Part shown: positions 46,224 to 56,385 of the stretch, piece by piece
How positions within the stretch are numbered: position 1 is the first letter of the stretch
Layout of the letters: each line of letters starts with the position of its first letter
Origin: a virus
Direction: 5' to 3' (one strand)
DNA length: 64,000 bases
IMG/VR virus record: IMGVR_UViG_3300031787_000011
Notes under the pieces: generated by a model
Told to the model about the DNA's origin: nothing
Seen by the model: only the letters and a program-made list of their open reading frames with translations
Database searches by the model: none
Position numbers and translations under genes: made by a program

Positions 46224-46666
46224 CACCTTTCCCTTTCTAAGAAATAAGTGAAATATTGAGAAGATATATAAGGCCTCGGAGATTGAGAAGAAATAAACTT
46301 ATACATCAAATCATTGATAGTCACATAAAGAGTTTTGCCATTGTTTTGTATGAAGTCGTTGGCGTCACTTTGGATTTTTATTTCTACTTCTCCTTTATCT
46401 ATTCTATTTTCTGTTTCTTCTAGTATGTCTTGAGATTGCTTTTTATTAGAAGTAACTAAAGCAGAGAATACCCCTGTAACTGGAGTATAATTAATATTTT
46501 CTATGTCAGATCTCTCATTATAGCCAAACATTCTTGGCTGAGCTATGTTAATAATGTCGATTTTTGCTTCTTTATAAATGACTATGTCCTGCTTGAAGGT
46601 GTCAAACAGGTTAGTCATTCCTTTTTCGAAACTAGCTTTTTGCGTGGCAGACAGTAAAGAAGCCAT
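46223..46666 (-). CDS. Putative head-closure/adaptor protein (147 aa)
   Basis: Size, beta-rich C-terminus (YFTYFLERER) and synteny. Confidence 0.45.
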   Translation of the reverse strand: MASLLSATQKASFEKGMTNLFDTFKQDIVIYKEAKIDIINIAQPRMFGYNERSDIENINYTPVTGVFSALVTSNKKQSQDILEETENRIDKGEVEIKIQSDANDFIQNNGKTLYVTINDLMYKFISSQSPRPYISSQYFTYFLERER

Positions 46667-46674
46667 GCTTTTTA

Positions 46675-46680
46675 TTACAC
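46675..46680 (-). promoter_or_regulatory. GTGTAA putative late-promoter motif
   Basis: GTGTAAtaaaaagcATG (8-nt spacer, no SD). Confidence 0.5.
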
Positions 46681-46709
46681 TCTATCAAGAGATAATAGAT
46701 AGAAATAGC

Positions 46710-47612
46710 TTAAATTTGGCCAGAAGGATCTGGGGCTACAACATCTACATGAGCAATGTCGCTAATTGTTTCTCCTGCAACATTATAAACTTTTACAGTA
46801 TAATCTCCTGCGCTTGCTTCTGAGCCAGAATTTATATAATAATATTGGCTTATCTCTCCAGAAATTTCAGTTCCGTTCAAGTTCCATTGATAAGAAGGAG
46901 TTGGGTATCCAGATGCCATTACAGACATCCCAAAACTGTTTCCTGAAATTATTTGACCGCCGACTGGTTGATTAGTTATTACTGGAGCAATTGGAGGATT
47001 TACTATCACTGCGCATCCTGAGCTAATAGCTGTTCCTAAAGAATTTGAGACTACAACATCGTAAGTTCCTGCTTGATCTAGTTGAATATTTGAAATTTGT
47101 AAACCAGCACCAGTTTCTTCTGTAAGATCAATTGCGTCTTTTCTCCACTGATAGTACAATGGTTGACCATCTACTCCAACGGAAATATAAGCTGTTTGCC
47201 CAGACCATAATGTAATTTGCCTTTGAGGCTGTATAGAAATAAATGGAGCAATAATTGGAAAAATATCAGCAGACCATGGATTTGGAGGAGTAACTACGGG
47301 AGGAGTAATTTTATTTAAAATCTGCTGTATTGCTGCGCTTTCTTGGCTCTCCTTTTCGCCAGATGGCATGGCAGAATAAACCCAAGAAAAAACTTGATCT
47401 TCTTTCAAATCAAGATATGGAGTAAATGGCCCTGGAGAAGAAGGAACAGAAGTCACACCATAAGTTCTGCCATAATATGGCCCACCGCTTGGACCATTAT
47501 AGTAAGCCAAACAATCCCAGTGAACATTAAATACGTAATCAGTGACGCCGCTAAATTCTGGATAGCAGTCCATTTGATTAACTTTCCATTTTAATTGGAT
47601 GTCGGAGCTCAT
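46710..47612 (-). CDS. Phage tail-associated small domain fused to two Ig-like (I-set-type) domains
   Basis: N-terminal WKVNQMDCYP...VFNVHW...FTPYLDLKEDQVFSWV. Then PFISIQPQ...YYQWRKD...DQAGTYDVVVSNSLG and PVITNQP...SYQWNLNG...AGDYTVKVYNVAG. Confidence 0.85.
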   Translation of the reverse strand: MSSDIQLKWKVNQMDCYPEFSGVTDYVFNVHWDCLAYYNGPSGGPYYGRTYGVTSVPSSPGPFTPYLDLKEDQVFSWVYSAMPSGEKESQESAAIQQILNKITPPVVTPPNPWSADIFPIIAPFISIQPQRQITLWSGQTAYISVGVDGQPLYYQWRKDAIDLTEETGAGLQISNIQLDQAGTYDVVVSNSLGTAISSGCAVIVNPPIAPVITNQPVGGQIISGNSFGMSVMASGYPTPSYQWNLNGTEISGEISQYYYINSGSEASAGDYTVKVYNVAGETISDIAHVDVVAPDPSGQI

Positions 47613-47630
47613 ATATTGTATATAAGTATC

Positions 47631-47636
47631 TTACAC
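47631..47636 (-). promoter_or_regulatory. GTGTAA putative late-promoter motif
   Basis: GTGTAAgatacttatatacaatatATG. Confidence 0.45.
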
Positions 47637-47660
47637 TTTAAATTCTAAATCTTTTTTATT

Positions 47661-48992
47661 TTATAGCCCAAATCTAGATTTTGCTGTTTTGTAATTTTCT
47701 AAGATTTCCGATGGGCTCAGTACATTACTATATAAATTAAAATTTGCGACATTACAATTTGATCCGTACAGCGTGTTTTGAGCGCCTAAATAAAGATTAC
47801 CAACTAAATTTCCAGAAGGAATATCTGTTGAACTATTCCTTGCTATTCCATTTATATAAATTATTGCTAAAGGGCTGATTGTGCTTACGCTTACTGTTAT
47901 ATGGCACCATTGCCCAAATCCAATATTAACATTAGAATAAATAGTTGTAGTAGTCCCAGGAGCGCTTATTGGATTATAGTGAAATCCTACATTACTAGGA
48001 TAATATACTGTATAAGTTCCAAAAGCGTCTGAACCAAAGATTCTATCGCCAACTGCGACATTAGATATCCATTTGCAAAAAAAAGAAAAAGTATATTCTG
48101 AAAGAGATATAGGTGATGTTATTATTGCATAATTTGTACCGCTAAAAGTTATGACCCCACCGTTAGTATTAGTAAATGTAGGACCATTCACTAAAGTTGC
48201 ATTTTTTTGATTTCCAGTAATATCTTTGAGTTGAATAGGAGATCTATTTACTAATTCATAAATACTTGGCTCTGTTCCGTCTACTAAATCAATTCGCGGG
48301 TCATACCATTGTAATCTGCTAGTATTATCGCCACAATAATAATGAAAAACTCTTTGGAAAAGATATGTGCTTGTAGGCGCAAATTTAAAATCTCCGCCGC
48401 CGGTATTTCCTCCTATATCTGCAACTTTTTCTACACTACCTACGTTGTAAAGTCCACTATCTGGATGCCTTCCTGTGAAAGTCGTATCGAAAGGATACAA
48501 ATGCCCAACAATTAAATACCAAACATTTTGAGTAAAATTTGCAATATTATTATAATACCAATATGGATTTGACTCATCGACACTATCAGTTGTCCTTTTT
48601 ATATATTGTCCAGCATCCCAAGATGTACATCCTAAATAAGCAGTGCCGCCTGTTGTGCTTGATGTTCTTCTCGCCCAAACGCTAAATCTATACATTTTTG
48701 ATTTATCTATAGAATAATCAGCATATGTAACCCAACCGCCATCCGCTTCTCCATCGCCAGAAGGAAAACTACCCCAAATAATACTTGTTTCGCCCCAAGG
48801 ATTCGTGCCAGAAAATCTTTGATTTTCAGTCGCAGCACTTTGATTCGGAGTATATCCAGCTACCCCTCCAGTTCCCGTTGTCCACGTAGACATATTTATT
48901 AAAGAATATTTTAAAAAGCTATTCCTGTCTGCTGCGTCTAGGCTAACTAATAAAGAATCTTTTGTTATATTTGGTCCTAATGATGCTGCCAT
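47661..48992 (-). CDS. LamG/concanavalin A-like virion protein with inserted CBM-like domain
   Basis: GPNITKDSLLVSLDAA...DITGN..ATLVNGP...WCHITV...YINGI...YSNVLSPSEILENYKTAKSRFGL. Confidence 0.85.
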   Translation of the reverse strand: MAASLGPNITKDSLLVSLDAADRNSFLKYSLINMSTWTTGTGGVAGYTPNQSAATENQRFSGTNPWGETSIIWGSFPSGDGEADGGWVTYADYSIDKSKMYRFSVWARRTSSTTGGTAYLGCTSWDAGQYIKRTTDSVDESNPYWYYNNIANFTQNVWYLIVGHLYPFDTTFTGRHPDSGLYNVGSVEKVADIGGNTGGGDFKFAPTSTYLFQRVFHYYCGDNTSRLQWYDPRIDLVDGTEPSIYELVNRSPIQLKDITGNQKNATLVNGPTFTNTNGGVITFSGTNYAIITSPISLSEYTFSFFCKWISNVAVGDRIFGSDAFGTYTVYYPSNVGFHYNPISAPGTTTTIYSNVNIGFGQWCHITVSVSTISPLAIIYINGIARNSSTDIPSGNLVGNLYLGAQNTLYGSNCNVANFNLYSNVLSPSEILENYKTAKSRFGL

Positions 48993-48998
48993 AAATTT

Positions 48999-49709
48999 TT
49001 ATAATCCAAATCTACTTTTAGTTGCGTTGTAATTTTGTAATATTTCTTGTGCCGAAAGCGTTCGGTTATATTGTTTAATAGTTGATAAATTAATATTGGC
49101 GTCAGGTCCTCCTAAATCTCCACCTATATAATAGAGATATCCAGAACCTGGATCTACAGAACCTCCTGAAGTTATAGAAACGGCGGCACCTTGTTGTATA
49201 CCATTTTTATAAAAAGTTATATTATTTGCACTTCTATTAACGACAGCGCTAACATTCATCCAAGTTAGTACATCAGTAAATGTCGCAACAGTTGAATAAT
49301 AAATGTTTTGATCAATATCAGTGGTAGTATTTAAAAAAAAGGCTACAGTCCCAGCCGTAGTGTAATTTAATAAAAATAAGAATCCATGTAAATTAGCACC
49401 TCTCGCCTCTACTATTCCATTATATCCATTATCTTTTTGGTATACCCATGCATCTATCGTAAAGCTACTTAATCCTGGATTTAAACTAGCTGGATTACTT
49501 ACACTAATATAGTCATCTGTGCCATCAAAAACAATAGTTCCGCCATTTATATTGCTAAATGTGGGTCCATTGGTTAATGTTCCAATGTAACCAGTTCCGC
49601 TTAAATCTTTCCAAGTGGTACCTGTGCCAGAATAACTATTTTTATCAGCAGCATCTAAACACAATACCAATCCACTTCTAACTATTTTTGGGCCTCTTAT
49701 TATTGCCAT
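48999..49709 (-). CDS. LamG/concanavalin A-like virion protein (minimal, no insertion)
   Basis: GPKIVRSGLVLCLDAADKNSYSGTGTTWKDLSG...YNRTLSAQEILQNYNATKSRFGL; ATG 49709 preferred to TTG 49724. Confidence 0.9.
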   Translation of the reverse strand: MAIIRGPKIVRSGLVLCLDAADKNSYSGTGTTWKDLSGTGYIGTLTNGPTFSNINGGTIVFDGTDDYISVSNPASLNPGLSSFTIDAWVYQKDNGYNGIVEARGANLHGFLFLLNYTTAGTVAFFLNTTTDIDQNIYYSTVATFTDVLTWMNVSAVVNRSANNITFYKNGIQQGAAVSITSGGSVDPGSGYLYYIGGDLGGPDANINLSTIKQYNRTLSAQEILQNYNATKSRFGL

Positions 49710-49713
49710 AATT

Positions 49714-50886
49714 TTATAATCCAAATCTTGATTTTGTTGCGTTGTAATTTTGTAATACTTCCGCTGCTGTTAATGCTCTATTATAAATTCTAGCGTAGCC
49801 CATAGTCATATTTACATATAAATTAGAATACGCTAATCTTCCAATAAGCAACGGATTACTATTCGCGCTAGGCGTAGTAGGATACCCAGCACTATTGATT
49901 TGATTGCCATTAACATAGTTTATTTGAGTTCCATATATTCCAGTTGATACTATATGATACCAAATCCCATTAGTAAAACTAGTATTGAATCCTAGCCCAG
50001 CATTATCTCCGACATATCTAAATAATAAATTTGTAGTTGATGCTGTATATGAATCTACTCTTATTTCATATCCGTCAGCGTTACTCAATGTTTTGCTTAT
50101 GACTCCTCCGTATAGCTGTGTCTGAGTACCTAATTTTATAAAACACTCTAATGTTAAATTAGTCAAATTTGCTAAAACATTCCCGCAATTAATATGATTG
50201 CTATTCGCTGGATTAAATGTTATGCTCCCTTTGCTTTCGCCGACAAATAGCGGGCCATTAGTTAGTGTTCCTGTATTATTATTACCACTTAAATCTTTCC
50301 AAATCGTATTTCCATAATAATATGGATTAAATTGTGTTGCGCTTGATGCTCTTTCTATTTGCAATCCATCCCACCAAATAGTTATACCAGAACCACCAGT
50401 ATGTGTTCCATCTAATCTAAATTGAATATATCTAGTATTTGCATTTGTAAATGTATAACTGAAACTAAATCTTTGCCAGCTAGTCGTTATAGACATATTT
50501 CCAGAACTATAATCATTTATAGTAAAAACCGCTCCATTGGTATCTGCGCCAAAAATAAATAATTGACCATCTGTGGCTACGCTCGCTTTTGCCCAAACAC
50601 TAATTGTCCAAGTTTGACCACTTAAAGCAGAAGCTAAATTAGCAGCAGAAGAACCATATTTTCCAGCATAAGCATCGTTGCCTGTTATTACCATTTTCAT
50701 TGGCGTGGAACGATACTGTCTTATTATTGTAGTGTCTCTAGAAAGCGTGCAAGATTGTATTTCGCTTCCTATATTAGCAAATACGTCAGTAGGATTAGGT
50801 ATAACATTCGGACTATAACTATTCATGTCCGCCGCATCCAATGCCAACACCAATCCATTCGTTGCTATTTTGGGGCCGTATTGCAT
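49714..50886 (-). CDS. LamG virion protein with inserted carbohydrate-binding-like domain
   Basis: Same scaffold; the insert contains GQTWTISVWAK...ITTSWQRFSFSYT...WDGLQIERASSATQF. Confidence 0.88.
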   Translation of the reverse strand: MQYGPKIATNGLVLALDAADMNSYSPNVIPNPTDVFANIGSEIQSCTLSRDTTIIRQYRSTPMKMVITGNDAYAGKYGSSAANLASALSGQTWTISVWAKASVATDGQLFIFGADTNGAVFTINDYSSGNMSITTSWQRFSFSYTFTNANTRYIQFRLDGTHTGGSGITIWWDGLQIERASSATQFNPYYYGNTIWKDLSGNNNTGTLTNGPLFVGESKGSITFNPANSNHINCGNVLANLTNLTLECFIKLGTQTQLYGGVISKTLSNADGYEIRVDSYTASTTNLLFRYVGDNAGLGFNTSFTNGIWYHIVSTGIYGTQINYVNGNQINSAGYPTTPSANSNPLLIGRLAYSNLYVNMTMGYARIYNRALTAAEVLQNYNATKSRFGL

Positions 50887-50896
50887 GTATTATTGT

Positions 50897-50902
50897 TTAC
50901 AC
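50897..50902 (-). promoter_or_regulatory. GTGTAA putative late-promoter motif
   Basis: GTGTAAacaataatacATG (10-nt spacer, no SD). Confidence 0.5.
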
Positions 50903-50903
50903 T

Positions 50904-52979
50904 TTATAAACCGAATCGGCCTTTTGTAGCATTGTAATTTTGAAGAATTTCAGCAGCTGATAAAGCTCTATTGTAAACCAAAATACTTGCGATATCTAAA
51001 TCTGTAAAATAACTTGTTCCCGCTCTAGATCCAATAAATAAATAATCATCTCCAAAATTATTAGTATTATTTGAAGCTAAACTAGGAAGAGGATTTGTTA
51101 TAACAGTAGCTGCAACTCCTTGATTATATAAAGAAGCTTCTGCTGTAGTTTGACTTTTATCAAAAACAGCAGTGCTTATTTCCCAATTTAAATCATTATA
51201 ATTACTTTTATTCCAAACTCCTAAGTTATATCCATTGTTTCCTTTTACTCCTGCAAATACGTCATAATTTTGAGATGCAGAATTATCATTATATGTCCAT
51301 ACAAATCCATATTGAAAAGAATTAAAATCAGTAGATAATTCACATATAAATTTAGTATTTCCTGAAACTGGATACGATCTAGCTTTAAATATAACTAAAA
51401 CAGTAACAGCATTATAAGCCGAAAGATTTAAGGTAGATGTAGTCTTAATATAATTATTTGTACCATTAAGAGAAAAATAACCATTAGAATTCCAAGTTGG
51501 AGAATTATAAAGCGTTGCATGATTACTATTACCACTAACATCATACCAAGTTGTACCTGCTCCAGCATAACTATATGGATTACCAGCATCAAGATTTAAT
51601 ACAAGACCTTGTTGTACTATTGTATTTGCAAATTTTGACTTTTGAGCTTCGTAATTTTGAGCAATTTCTACCGCGCTTAATGCTCTGCTATATATTAAGG
51701 TAGATCCTACATTAATTGGAGCATATCTTCCAGAAACGATATCGTCTCTAGCAATTATTAAGTCTCCGATTGTAGATCCAGAGTATGATATTGCAGAAGT
51801 ATTTGCTGTTGTATTCGCAAGCACTCCATCTTTATAAACTTTTACATTTGAGCCATCAAAAGTACCCACTAGATTAGTCCAAGTATTTAATGGCATTGTA
51901 GTAGTAGCATCTATAACAGCGGCCGCAGCATTTCTAATTCTAAACCAAACAGTATCTGTATTATATGTCGCCATCAATGCGTATGCATCTCTGTCATTTC
52001 TTCTTAAAAAATTGCATATACTTGATTGATAAGCGTTTCTTTTAAGCCACATTGAAACAGTAACTTTTGCAGGATTTAATATAACATTATCCGCCACCAC
52101 TAAATAATCAGAGGAGCCATCAAATCTAAGCGCTCCTTTATTATAATAATCTGCCGCAGGCATATCTGCTGTAGTACCATTACCAAGTAGCCCATGATTA
52201 TTATTTCCACTCAAATCAATTATACTTCTATCTGTATTAAGAATTCCCCATTTTTGGCCGAGATATGTATGGACTAATTTTCTTTCTGTAACTGATAATA
52301 ATCTATTAAAAACAATAATTTCAGCAACTTCACAATTGCTTAATTCAGCGCCATAAATATTTACTCCTAAATACCAAGGACCAGCATCTGCGCCTGTACT
52401 ATTCGTTGCTAATGCAGTTCCTGTTGCATAAAAATTTGCTGAATCATTTGATGGTCCACCCCAATCTCCTAAATATAATTTCCAATTAGTATCAGCAGCA
52501 GAATAAGTTTGATATACCCATCCATTTCCATAATATTTATTCGTTTCACTTGCCCAATGTCCTAAAAGCCAATTATTATAACTGCTATTTGAAGTTAAAA
52601 TTCTTCCTGTTCCAGAAGATGCATTTGTATATCTATCAACTACAAAAATACTATACGCGCTATTTCTTAAATCTATTGTAGAATTTTGTATATTTTGAGC
52701 GGTAGTAAATGCTACTACTTTTCTAGAATTTTGAGAAGTACTACGTGTTGGTCCAGAAGATGGTGGCGTCATATGATAATTAAATCCACTTTTATCTCTC
52801 CATTGACTTACAGTAGTTCCTGAGCTATAACTAAATGTTGTATCATCCGCAGCATCTAGCCATAAAATCAATCCACCTTTCACAGGCAAATCTATGGCTG
52901 GATAAGATTTATTATGGGAAGGATCTAAAGATAAGACCAGATTTTCTGTTGTTATTTTTGGATTATAATGTTGAGCCAT
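50904..52979 (-). CDS. Multi-LamG virion protein (nested plus tandem domains)
   Basis: LWLDAAD...VSQWRDKSG...EIIVFNRLLS..ER..VHTYLGQKWG is nested in the first scaffold, followed by a second full scaffold ending NYNATKGRFGL. Confidence 0.88.
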   Translation of the reverse strand: MAQHYNPKITTENLVLSLDPSHNKSYPAIDLPVKGGLILWLDAADDTTFSYSSGTTVSQWRDKSGFNYHMTPPSSGPTRSTSQNSRKVVAFTTAQNIQNSTIDLRNSAYSIFVVDRYTNASSGTGRILTSNSSYNNWLLGHWASETNKYYGNGWVYQTYSAADTNWKLYLGDWGGPSNDSANFYATGTALATNSTGADAGPWYLGVNIYGAELSNCEVAEIIVFNRLLSVTERKLVHTYLGQKWGILNTDRSIIDLSGNNNHGLLGNGTTADMPAADYYNKGALRFDGSSDYLVVADNVILNPAKVTVSMWLKRNAYQSSICNFLRRNDRDAYALMATYNTDTVWFRIRNAAAAVIDATTTMPLNTWTNLVGTFDGSNVKVYKDGVLANTTANTSAISYSGSTIGDLIIARDDIVSGRYAPINVGSTLIYSRALSAVEIAQNYEAQKSKFANTIVQQGLVLNLDAGNPYSYAGAGTTWYDVSGNSNHATLYNSPTWNSNGYFSLNGTNNYIKTTSTLNLSAYNAVTVLVIFKARSYPVSGNTKFICELSTDFNSFQYGFVWTYNDNSASQNYDVFAGVKGNNGYNLGVWNKSNYNDLNWEISTAVFDKSQTTAEASLYNQGVAATVITNPLPSLASNNTNNFGDDYLFIGSRAGTSYFTDLDIASILVYNRALSAAEILQNYNATKGRFGL

Positions 52980-52982
52980 ATA

Positions 52983-55118
52983 TTATTTTCCGAATCTAAA
53001 TTTTGTTGCGTCGTAATTTTGAAGAACTTCTTCAGCCGATAATACTCTATTATACAATTTTACTTGACTAATACTTGCAGCTATAGTATAATTATTATCT
53101 CCGTGAAATCTTCCTATCCAAAAATTATTTGAAGTCGTTGATGTAGTATTTCTATAAGCCGCAGTTCCGATTAATATACCGTCAATATACAATTTGGCAT
53201 TTGTGGATGAATCATTAGTTACGACGATATAATGCCATTTGGCATCTGGATATGAACTGTTTGTGAATGGGTTGCTTTCACTATCACCGGTGTTCCAGTT
53301 TATATAATTTCCAGAAAAATAAAGATTTGGTCCAGATCCATAATTATCGCTGTCAATTGAAATTGGAATTTTTACAGCATAATTTGATGATCGTATCCAA
53401 ATTGCAATGGTTGATGATGCGGGAATATTTGTTACGGATGAAACAGAATAATCATCTACACCGTCAAAACTTATACATTTTGGTTCGGTTGATATAAAAG
53501 AAGGACCATTAGTTAATGTACTATTATAACTATTTCCACTTAAGTCTCTCCACGAAGTCCCACTTCCGGAATAACTACTATAAACATCAGCATCTACATA
53601 AAATTGTAAACCATTAGTTACAATATTCGGTAAACTAGCAAATTCCGATTTACTTTGTTCATAATTTTGTAAAATTTCTGAAGCAGTTAACGCTTTACCA
53701 TATATTTTACAACCGGCAACATAACCATCTAACATCCTCCCATATGTAGAAGCTCCTTCAGCGCCTATTCCTAAATAGTTTGTTATATTGATAGTTCCTA
53801 TGGTGAAAGTAGTTGATGAAGTTTTATCTAATACGCCATTCAAGTACCATCTTATATATGCCCCATCGAACGTCCAAACCACATGGTTCCATGCGTGTCT
53901 TGTTACCGATGTTGTGCTTGGCTGATGACCCACAGTAGAACCAGCGGAGCCATACATAAATGCATTAAATTTTCCATTGCCATCTAACGACAAATAAAAA
54001 TTGCTATTAGCAATCATTATAGCCCCTAAATCAGTATTTGTTCCAGCAAAACTAAAACTATTTGGTTTAACCCATGCTTCTAATGTAATTGAAGTTGTTA
54101 TAACTGAACTCATCCACGAAATAGAATCAGCAAAATAAAAATTGCTTTGTAATGGAGAACCTGTTGCATTTGCGGGATTTAATCTATAAGACTTGTCAAT
54201 AACAGGTATATTATTATTTTGACATGTCGCTACTTTGCCAAAAACTAAATCTCTATTTGTTAATGTAGTTTGTAATAATGGTATTCTCCATTTATTAGCT
54301 AAATAATTATGAACTTGGGATCTTTCTATGGCGGATAATTGTCTACTATAAATAATTAATTCTCCGATATCTCCATAGTATGGCTGATTGGCTGATGTAT
54401 TGACGGCCCCCATAAACAAATTAAAACCAGCCCCTCCTATTGTTATTGTTTGAGTCCCGGAAGAGTATAAATCAGGTCGTTGTCTTCCATTCGCATAAAT
54501 TATATTTGTGCCGCTTCCCGCATTGGTATGAGAAAATGTAATTAAAGTTGGAGACCCTTGCAAAAAGTCAGAATTAGTATTTGGACTTGTTAATGGAAGA
54601 ACTGTAACATTTCCACCACCCCCATTCCAATATACCCATAATGTTCTTGCGTAATTTGATCCATCTGGATCATTTACATCGAAATGAAGATTATTTGTGT
54701 TTGTGCCATTATTTATACTGAATGGATATTGATAAGTTGTGCTATTTACATCCCCCCGCATCACTAAAAATATTGTAAATTCGGTATATGATGTTGTAAA
54801 TGGGCCGTAGATATAGTCATTCGCGCTAAATCTCATGGTATTTCTACCATTCAACCCACCAAGAACTGATAATGGTTCATTTGCAAGCGTTAGCCCACCG
54901 CCAGTTAATACTAAATTACTATTTGATTTATCTCCCCAATATCTTACATTTCTAGTACTAGTTTCGGTTGTGATTGTAGATAGATCATCTGCGTCAAACC
55001 AAGTAATGCAACCATTAATTTGTTTTGGTGTTTTGATAAAACCTGCGCTAACTGATGGATCTAGAGCAAAAGCAAGAGCAGATGTTACTGTACTTGGTCC
55101 TGAATTGATTGTACTCAT
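52983..55118 (-). CDS. Multi-LamG virion protein (nested plus tandem domains)
   Basis: WFDADD...WGDKS...ELIIYSRQLSAIERSQVHNYLANKW, then two scaffolds, ending NYDATKFRFGK. Confidence 0.88.
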   Translation of the reverse strand: MSTINSGPSTVTSALAFALDPSVSAGFIKTPKQINGCITWFDADDLSTITTETSTRNVRYWGDKSNSNLVLTGGGLTLANEPLSVLGGLNGRNTMRFSANDYIYGPFTTSYTEFTIFLVMRGDVNSTTYQYPFSINNGTNTNNLHFDVNDPDGSNYARTLWVYWNGGGGNVTVLPLTSPNTNSDFLQGSPTLITFSHTNAGSGTNIIYANGRQRPDLYSSGTQTITIGGAGFNLFMGAVNTSANQPYYGDIGELIIYSRQLSAIERSQVHNYLANKWRIPLLQTTLTNRDLVFGKVATCQNNNIPVIDKSYRLNPANATGSPLQSNFYFADSISWMSSVITTSITLEAWVKPNSFSFAGTNTDLGAIMIANSNFYLSLDGNGKFNAFMYGSAGSTVGHQPSTTSVTRHAWNHVVWTFDGAYIRWYLNGVLDKTSSTTFTIGTINITNYLGIGAEGASTYGRMLDGYVAGCKIYGKALTASEILQNYEQSKSEFASLPNIVTNGLQFYVDADVYSSYSGSGTSWRDLSGNSYNSTLTNGPSFISTEPKCISFDGVDDYSVSSVTNIPASSTIAIWIRSSNYAVKIPISIDSDNYGSGPNLYFSGNYINWNTGDSESNPFTNSSYPDAKWHYIVVTNDSSTNAKLYIDGILIGTAAYRNTTSTTSNNFWIGRFHGDNNYTIAASISQVKLYNRVLSAEEVLQNYDATKFRFGK

Positions 55119-55121
55119 ATT

Positions 55122-56363
55122 TTATATTCCATAAGTTTTACGAGTTGCATTGAAATTTTGTAATACTTCTGCGGCAGTTAATGCGCGATTATAAGCTCTT
55201 GCAGTTGATACAATTGAATTACTTGCATAATCTGTACTTGCCGCTCCAATATAATATGGAACTGTCGATGAGTATTGTCTTAATTGTTTAGTTAATGTCG
55301 CGCTGTCTCTTAATACGCCATTTACATATAAATATCTCATAGCATTTTCAACATCATTCACAAAAACACCATGATACCAAGTGTTTAAACTCAATGTTAC
55401 GCCAAGACCTGAATTTGTTACATCATTATACCATGTAATTGCATAAATAACATTTGGAGATCCTTTATCATGATTAAATCCACTATGATATCCTTGTCTT
55501 CCAAAAAAATATCCATTATATAATCCCGGCGGAGTTCCTAATAATTTAAACCAACATTCATATGTATGACTATTGTTACTTAAATTATCTAATATAGAAT
55601 TGGCAACTGGAGTTGTTATTGCACCTTGAGAATTTGCATTAAAATAATATCCTCCACTATCAAAAGCTATAGCAGAACTGGTAAGATCAATATTATAATT
55701 ATTTCCACTTAAATCTATTAATCCGCCTCCACCAGCAATAGTATTTGCAGATCTAGAGCCTAAAACTAAAGGAGTAGAATATGCTTTCTGTTCTATTTGA
55801 TATCCAAAATATGCAAGTTTTTCGCCGACATTATCGCCAGTATAACTACTCATATATACTCCAGTTTCATTTGATGGAGTAGTAAATGTTATTGATAGTC
55901 TAATCCAAGTTCTTCTTGGCCAATTTAAATAATTTGTATCACCATTATACGCAAAATTACCTAATGAATTATTATTTACGTTTGTCCTTAAATATGGTTG
56001 GGACTGCATCGATGTTCCATCAAACCAATAATAAATGGACATCGCATATTGAGTGCTTGGAGAAATCGGAATAATAGAAGAGCCCAACTGTTGATTGCCA
56101 GTGGCAGTCACAGTTGAGCTAAAGATTCGTAAATTAGTAGTATCTACATTTAAAATGACAGGCTTTGATATAGAGGTATCATTATCATTGAAAATAGTAG
56201 AACCTGAATTTACCCACCAATTACCATTGGAGTTTAAGTAATTATTGGTAGAATAAGCGATATTTGTAGTGGCCTGACCTCGAAAACTTTTAGCATATTC
56301 ACGATTATAATATAACTGTAAATCTTTTTTTACTATTCCTCTATTGGCATGCTGTACGGCCAT
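55122..56363 (-). CDS. LamG virion protein with inserted carbohydrate-binding-like domain
   Basis: IVKKDLQLYY...SFRGQATTN [insert ...WIRLSITFTT...QIEQKAYSTP] DLSGNN...YNRALTAAEVLQNFNATRKTYGI. Confidence 0.85.
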   Translation of the reverse strand: MAVQHANRGIVKKDLQLYYNREYAKSFRGQATTNIAYSTNNYLNSNGNWWVNSGSTIFNDNDTSISKPVILNVDTTNLRIFSSTVTATGNQQLGSSIIPISPSTQYAMSIYYWFDGTSMQSQPYLRTNVNNNSLGNFAYNGDTNYLNWPRRTWIRLSITFTTPSNETGVYMSSYTGDNVGEKLAYFGYQIEQKAYSTPLVLGSRSANTIAGGGGLIDLSGNNYNIDLTSSAIAFDSGGYYFNANSQGAITTPVANSILDNLSNNSHTYECWFKLLGTPPGLYNGYFFGRQGYHSGFNHDKGSPNVIYAITWYNDVTNSGLGVTLSLNTWYHGVFVNDVENAMRYLYVNGVLRDSATLTKQLRQYSSTVPYYIGAASTDYASNSIVSTARAYNRALTAAEVLQNFNATRKTYGI

Positions 56364-56371
56364 ACATACTG

Positions 56372-56377
56372 TTACAC
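56372..56377 (-). promoter_or_regulatory. GTGTAA putative late-promoter motif
   Basis: GTGTAAcagtatgtATG (8-nt spacer, no SD). Confidence 0.5.
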
Positions 56378-56385
56378 CTTAAAAC

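Noticed and set aside
43544-46666. Contractile tail or contractile injection system
   Set aside because: No sheath-like gene beside the tube, and no recognisable baseplate J or spike genes in the window.
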